Assembly (NCBI GenBank): GCA_965373065.1
Contig: CBDVES010000001.1
Coordinates: forward strand, 1 to 24,839
DNA from: an uncultured archaeon
Lineage (GTDB): Archaea; Nanobdellota; Nanobdellia; Pacearchaeales; GW2011-AR1
Length of the DNA: 24,839 bases
Direction of reading: 5' to 3'
Below are positions 23,689 through 24,839 of this stretch, piece after piece (within the stretch, counting starts at the first letter, position 1; every line of letters starts with the position of its first letter). Both the position numbers and the translations under genes were made by a program. Under the pieces are notes generated by a model. It was given only the letters and a program-made list of their open reading frames with translations. It searched no databases and had not been told where the DNA came from.

Positions 23689-24839
23689 CTATTCTGGGAT
23701 TAAAGCAAAAAAACTATAATTTTTCATCTTCGCCAAATCCTTAACATCCTCTAACTTAACTTCAGAAATATTTTTCTCAAACTCATAAAACTTCTCAGCA
23801 TTTCCATCAATTTCACTCAAAAGCAAATTCACCATCTGCGACTGAGAATCCTCCATTGAAATATTATACTGACCAATTAACTGTTCCTTAATCTGCTCTA
23901 ACTCTTTCTCATTTAATTCTTCAACAACTTTTTCAAACTCTTTTAAAATCAATTCTTTAACTTCTTCAACATTTTCCTTTTTTGTTCCAACATAAATAAA
24001 ATTATATGCAAAATCTTTATTAATTTCTGCTCCACCTTTAATAGCATAAGCCAAATTTCTTTTTGCTCTGATTTCAAGAAATAATCTTGAAGACAAACCT
24101 TCTGCCATTAAACAACTAAGAACCTGTGCAGCATAATTTTTTTTATCTGTTGAAACCGGAACATGAAATGCAAAAACCAAATTCGCCTGGTCTATTCCCT
24201 TTCTCTCTTCAGTTTTTAATTCATTTTTTAAATTAAATTCTTGCTTAGGAACTTTGCCTTTTTCCTCATTAAAATTCTTTTCCACAAAATTAACAACATC
24301 TTCAAAATCAGCATCACCAACAACAATCAAAATCATGTTATTTGGTTTGTAAATCTGCTCAAATTTTTCAACCATTTTTTTTCTATCAATAGAATTCATT
24401 GTCTCAATTGTTCCCGCAAGATTAATCCCCATTGTTCCATCATAAAGTGATTTTTGAATTTCATCAAAAACATGCAAATGAGGATTATCATGATACATTT
24501 TTATCTCTTCAAAAATAACTTTTCTTTCTTTTTCCAGTTCCTTTTCATCAAACAACGGATTTTTAATCATATCACTTAAAACATCTAAAGCAATATTCAA
24601 ATGTTTGCTCGGCATCTTGCACCAGAAGGCAGTAATTATCTCTCCAGTAAAACCACCCAACACTCCTCCATTTTTCTCAATTTCCTCTGCAATTTTTTTC
24701 GCATTTCTCGTCGGTGTTCCCTTGTAAAGCATATGTTCTATAAAATGTGAAATTCCTTTTTCTTCTAATGTCTCATTAATACCTCCATTCCGAACTGCAA
24801 ACCCAACACTCACAACTGGAATATTTCTTTTCTCAAATA
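23689..24839 (-). CDS. Peptidase M16 (pitrilysin/insulinase family), 5' end outside the window
   Basis: Inverted zinc motif HFIEH. The frame stays open past GTG 24813 to the window edge (..FEKRNIPVVSVGFAV). Confidence 0.9.
   Translation of the reverse strand, partial: FEKRNIPVVSVGFAVRNGGINETLEEKGISHFIEHMLYKGTPTRNAKKIAEEIEKNGGVLGGFTGEIITAFWCKMPSKHLNIALDVLSDMIKNPLFDEKELEKERKVIFEEIKMYHDNPHLHVFDEIQKSLYDGTMGINLAGTIETMNSIDRKKMVEKFEQIYKPNNMILIVVGDADFEDVVNFVEKNFNEEKGKVPKQEFNLKNELKTEERKGIDQANLVFAFHVPVSTDKKNYAAQVLSCLMAEGLSSRLFLEIRAKRNLAYAIKGGAEINKDFAYNFIYVGTKKENVEEVKELILKEFEKVVEELNEKELEQIKEQLIGQYNISMEDSQSQMVNLLLSEIDGNAEKFYEFEKNISEVKLEDVKDLAKMKNYSFFALIPE

Noticed and set aside
1088-24450. Short opposite-strand or nested ORFs in the track (e.g. 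1088-1303, 2079-2309, 2202-2399, 3033-3343, 3979-4290, 4662-4865, 6970-7173, 9220-9555, 10119-10434, 10587-10787, 11325-12027, 15260-15493, 15802-16896, 18954-19193, 20216-23416, 24241-24450)
   Set aside because: They are shadows of longer motif-bearing genes and show no recognisable features of their own. 22833-23198 is repetitive only because it mirrors the DUF5648-type repeats.
1-24839. tRNA, rRNA, integrase/transposase, alternative genetic code
   Set aside because: No cloverleaf or rRNA-like GC-rich segment and no recombinase motifs were seen. Genes end normally at TAA, TGA and TAG.

Overview
AT-rich, densely coded archaeal DNA, most likely from a DPANN (Pacearchaeota/Woesearchaeota-like) genome. 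This is inferred from class III signal peptides, Hef, a PRC-barrel protein and TATA boxes about 21-23 nt upstream of start codons. The left half (1-13.4 kb) is a type IV pilus-like locus. It has a translationally coupled run of pilin-like genes (three micro-ORFs of 34, 48 and 53 aa are missing from the ORF track), a 716-aa T2SS-F/TadC/ArlJ-like platform protein and a 762-aa VirB11/TadA/ArlI-like ATPase. A secreted PL6-like polysaccharide lyase and an orphan membrane-anchored protein are interleaved. A divergent coiled-coil pair and two tandem paralogous membrane proteins follow. The right half holds a VapBC module, a PRC-barrel (CdpB-like) protein, an M50-like pseudo-peptidase, a Hef split into helicase and ERCC4 nuclease genes, ThpR, an arginase-family enzyme, a 1220-aa mosaic surface protein with a GH141-like beta-helix, and a truncated M16 peptidase. 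The most unusual non-routine signals are a relay of two overlapping MQFK-starting hairpin uORFs ahead of the ATPase, a second coupled uORF at 12792-12869, a 43-bp duplicated promoter+leader cassette, and an in-phase U_UUA_AAC slippery site that could re-fuse Hef. No rRNA, tRNA, CRISPR array or transposase was seen. All family calls are from motif recognition; no database searches were run.
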